Shown here piece after piece: positions 63,511 to 64,000 of a stretch of DNA of 64,000 bases. Every line of letters begins with the position of its first letter. Within the stretch, counting starts at the first letter, position 1. Below the pieces are notes generated by a model. That model was not told the origin of the DNA, made no database searches, and saw only the letters and a list, made by a program, of their open reading frames with translations. This DNA comes from Chiloscyllium plagiosum. Lineage: Eukaryota. Location of the stretch: assembly GCF_004010195.1 (NCBI RefSeq), contig NC_057751.1:6126598-6190597 (forward strand), in the 5' to 3' direction. A program made the position numbers and the translations under genes.

Positions 63511-64000
63511 ACATCTTGTTATTGTTGAATCTGAGATCATCAGATATTGTGAAGCCTTCAAACAGTTCTTACTGATAACGTTTATTACACAACAGGAAAT
63601 GTGCAGGATAAACAATTTTAAAAAAGTTGTAATTGCATGCAGGTATAAACAGAGACTGCTTGCCTTTCCAGCACCAACAAATGTACAGCCAATGAATGAT
63701 GACTGAAATCATCACAGTTCTATGGGAAGTAGCTGTTAATTAACTCAAGTCTGGCTCAGTGTGCCAAATGCTGCTGTGCTCTATCTTGATGAAGATAATG
63801 TCTTTCCTGCTGAATATCCTCTTCTTCCCACTTGGAAGTCTGCTGCTGCTTTCCCAGCTCTTCACCGTCTATCCCATCCCTCTTTCCAGCTCCAGTTATT
63901 TTGAGCACAGCATGCAAGAATTAAATGGTGCAATCACTACCACCATTACCATCACTATCACTCACGATCAAGGCACTGCTGAATTCCCCACTGTCAGCAT

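Overview
Repeat-dense vertebrate genomic DNA with no protein-coding host gene I can recognise (intron or intergenic). The repeats point to a cartilaginous fish, probably a shark: HE1-type V-SINEs, Deu-domain SINEs, many CR1-clade LINEs, L2, RTE, Rex1/Babar, L1/Tx1, Penelope-like elements (PLEs), Harbinger remnants and probable solo LTRs. Every recognisable ORF is transposon-derived and decayed. There is one ~350-bp dispersed 28S rRNA pseudogene with CpG decay. The most notable structure is a dispersed set of short (~80-220 bp) non-coding PLE-derived insertions. Many have 9-15 bp target-site duplications and/or fold-back architecture, and they carry a minimal type I hammerhead ribozyme core (CTGANGA-A-helix II-GAAA-CG-TH) whose helix II covaries between copies. 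Also seen: three local templated duplications, a degenerate ~30-bp minisatellite, a very short tRNA-like SINE family, and TE-free islands with homeodomain/RFX motifs that may be conserved enhancers. Most TE boundaries are approximate (tens of bp), and family names come from recalled motifs, not database searches.
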